Source: Sminthopsis crassicaudata (Eukaryota). Taken from it: a DNA stretch of 64,000 nucleotides. The DNA is taken from contig NC_133619.1 in the NCBI RefSeq assembly GCF_048593235.1, positions 637,710,558 to 637,774,557 on the forward strand, written 5' to 3'. Made by a program: the position numbers and the translations under genes. This document shows positions 62,894 to 64,000 of the stretch, piece after piece. How positions within the stretch are numbered: position 1 is the first letter of the stretch; every line of letters begins with the position of its first letter. The notes under the pieces are model-generated. The model saw nothing but the letters and a program-made list of their open reading frames with translations, was not told where the DNA came from and did no database searches.

Positions 62894-63950
62894 ATGAGGA
62901 CTCCGCAGACTCTCCCGCTGCTGCTTTGTGCCCTGATGTCAGGGGCGATTTCGAAGTCCCTGGCCCCGACTCCCAGCAGCCTTCCCCCCGAGAGGAGCTT
63001 CCAGATCAGCCACTTCAAGTCTCTTTCGCCTCGGGAGCTGGAAACCTTCAAGGTGGCCCAGAATGCCTACGTGAGTTCCTGGAGTGATTTTTGTACCCCA
63101 CTCCTCCCATCCCTCACTTCCCGGGGTCTAACCTCGACCTCTTTTACTGCGCTCTAATATTATCTCTGGCACTGAGATCTAACCTTCATTTTTCCTTCTT
63201 GAACTCTGTCGCTTTCTCTGTTTCTAACCTCCGTCCTACATCGCAAGGACCTAGAAGAGTCACAAGCCTTTAACTCTTTCCTCTTCATCCCCCAAAGGAG
63301 AAGATCATGATTCAGACGGAGAGGAAATGTAGCTCCCGATTCTTCCACAGAAACTGGGACCTTCGGCAGCTGCCGGTAAGAAGGGGCGCTCCCCACCTGT
63401 CAGTCCCCCATCGCCTGTCTCCGAAATCTGTAGCCTCCCCATTTCTCTTCCCCCATCTGTCGGTCCTCCCCGTCTCCTTCCCCTGTCCCCTTCATCAGCC
63501 TCTCCCTCACATCGCCTCTCATCTCTCCCCTCACAGCCGTCCGTCCGGCCCCTGGTCTTACAGGCTGAGCTGAAATTGACTCTGAACGTCTTGAAAGCCG
63601 TAACCAAGCCTGAGCTGGACAGAGTTCTGGCTCAACCCCTACAAACGCTCAGCCACATCTACCAAGAGATCCAAAGCTGTGTGAGTACTGGAGGATGGGC
63701 GGGGCTCCCCTGGACCAATGGGCATGGAGCTGTTCCCTGTCTCTCAGGCGCCTCTGTCCCTTGCAGTGAGGCTGAGAGGCTGCAATACCTGGATTCCTCC
63801 CTCTCCCCCCACCCATCAAGTACCCGAGTTCCCCTTCTCTTTTATCAAGTCCATCCTCTCCCTACACAGGTTACTTCCAGGCCCTCTAAGGAACACAGGC
63901 CTCCAGGCCGCCTGAAGAATTGGCTGAACAAGCTCAGTGAGGCCAGAAAG
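62894..63950 (+). CDS. IFNL3: Interferon lambda-1/3-like, exons 1-4 (exon 5 beyond the window; paralogue name by position only)
   Basis: Exons 62894-63070 (MRTPQTLPLLLCALMSGAISK..QISHFKSLSPRELETFKVAQNAY), 63298-63375 (EKIMIQTERKCSSRFFHRNWDLRQLP), 63537-63680 (PSVRPLVLQAELKLTLNVL..QPLQTLSHIYQEIQSC), 63870-63950 (VTSRPSKEHRPPGRLKNWLNKLSEARK), all phase 0 and GT-AG. Carries the IFNL1-3 hallmarks FKSLSP, WDLRQL, AELxLTL, QPLxTL and GRLxxWL. Confidence 0.93.
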
Positions 63951-64000
63951 GTGAGTCAGGAAAGCTTCAGATCTACGGAGGGCACCCGGGGATGGAGGGG

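Overview
Mammalian genomic DNA, inferred marsupial and probably dasyurid, from its tRNA/CORE-type SINEs (WSINE1-like) and L1 3' ends; one N-gap at 51160-51299. It is syntenic with human 19q13.2. Genes, exon models rebuilt by hand from splice sites: SAMD4B 5' end (minus; first coding exon and exon 1/CpG island), complete GMFG (plus, 7 exons, 142 aa), and LRFN1/SALM2 (plus; two coding exons, with a +1 frameshift in a C7 run near the C-terminus). Next is a complete five-exon, 181-aa IFNL4 orthologue at 36066-37699 that the ORF track splits into unrecognisable pieces. After ~24 kb of LINE/SINE/LTR sequence come exons 1-4 of an IFN-lambda1/3-like gene running off the window end. Best leads: (1) the intact marsupial IFNL4, with the high-activity E154 residue but a divergent helix F; (2) the simple LRFN1>IFNL4>IFNL tandem layout, unlike the human cluster; (3) an inverted pair of ERV2 LTR-PBS-gag fragments carrying a consensus NF-kB site ~2.3 kb upstream of the second IFNL gene; (4) loss of the first structural cysteine in that gene. 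Family assignments come from recalled sequences, not database searches.
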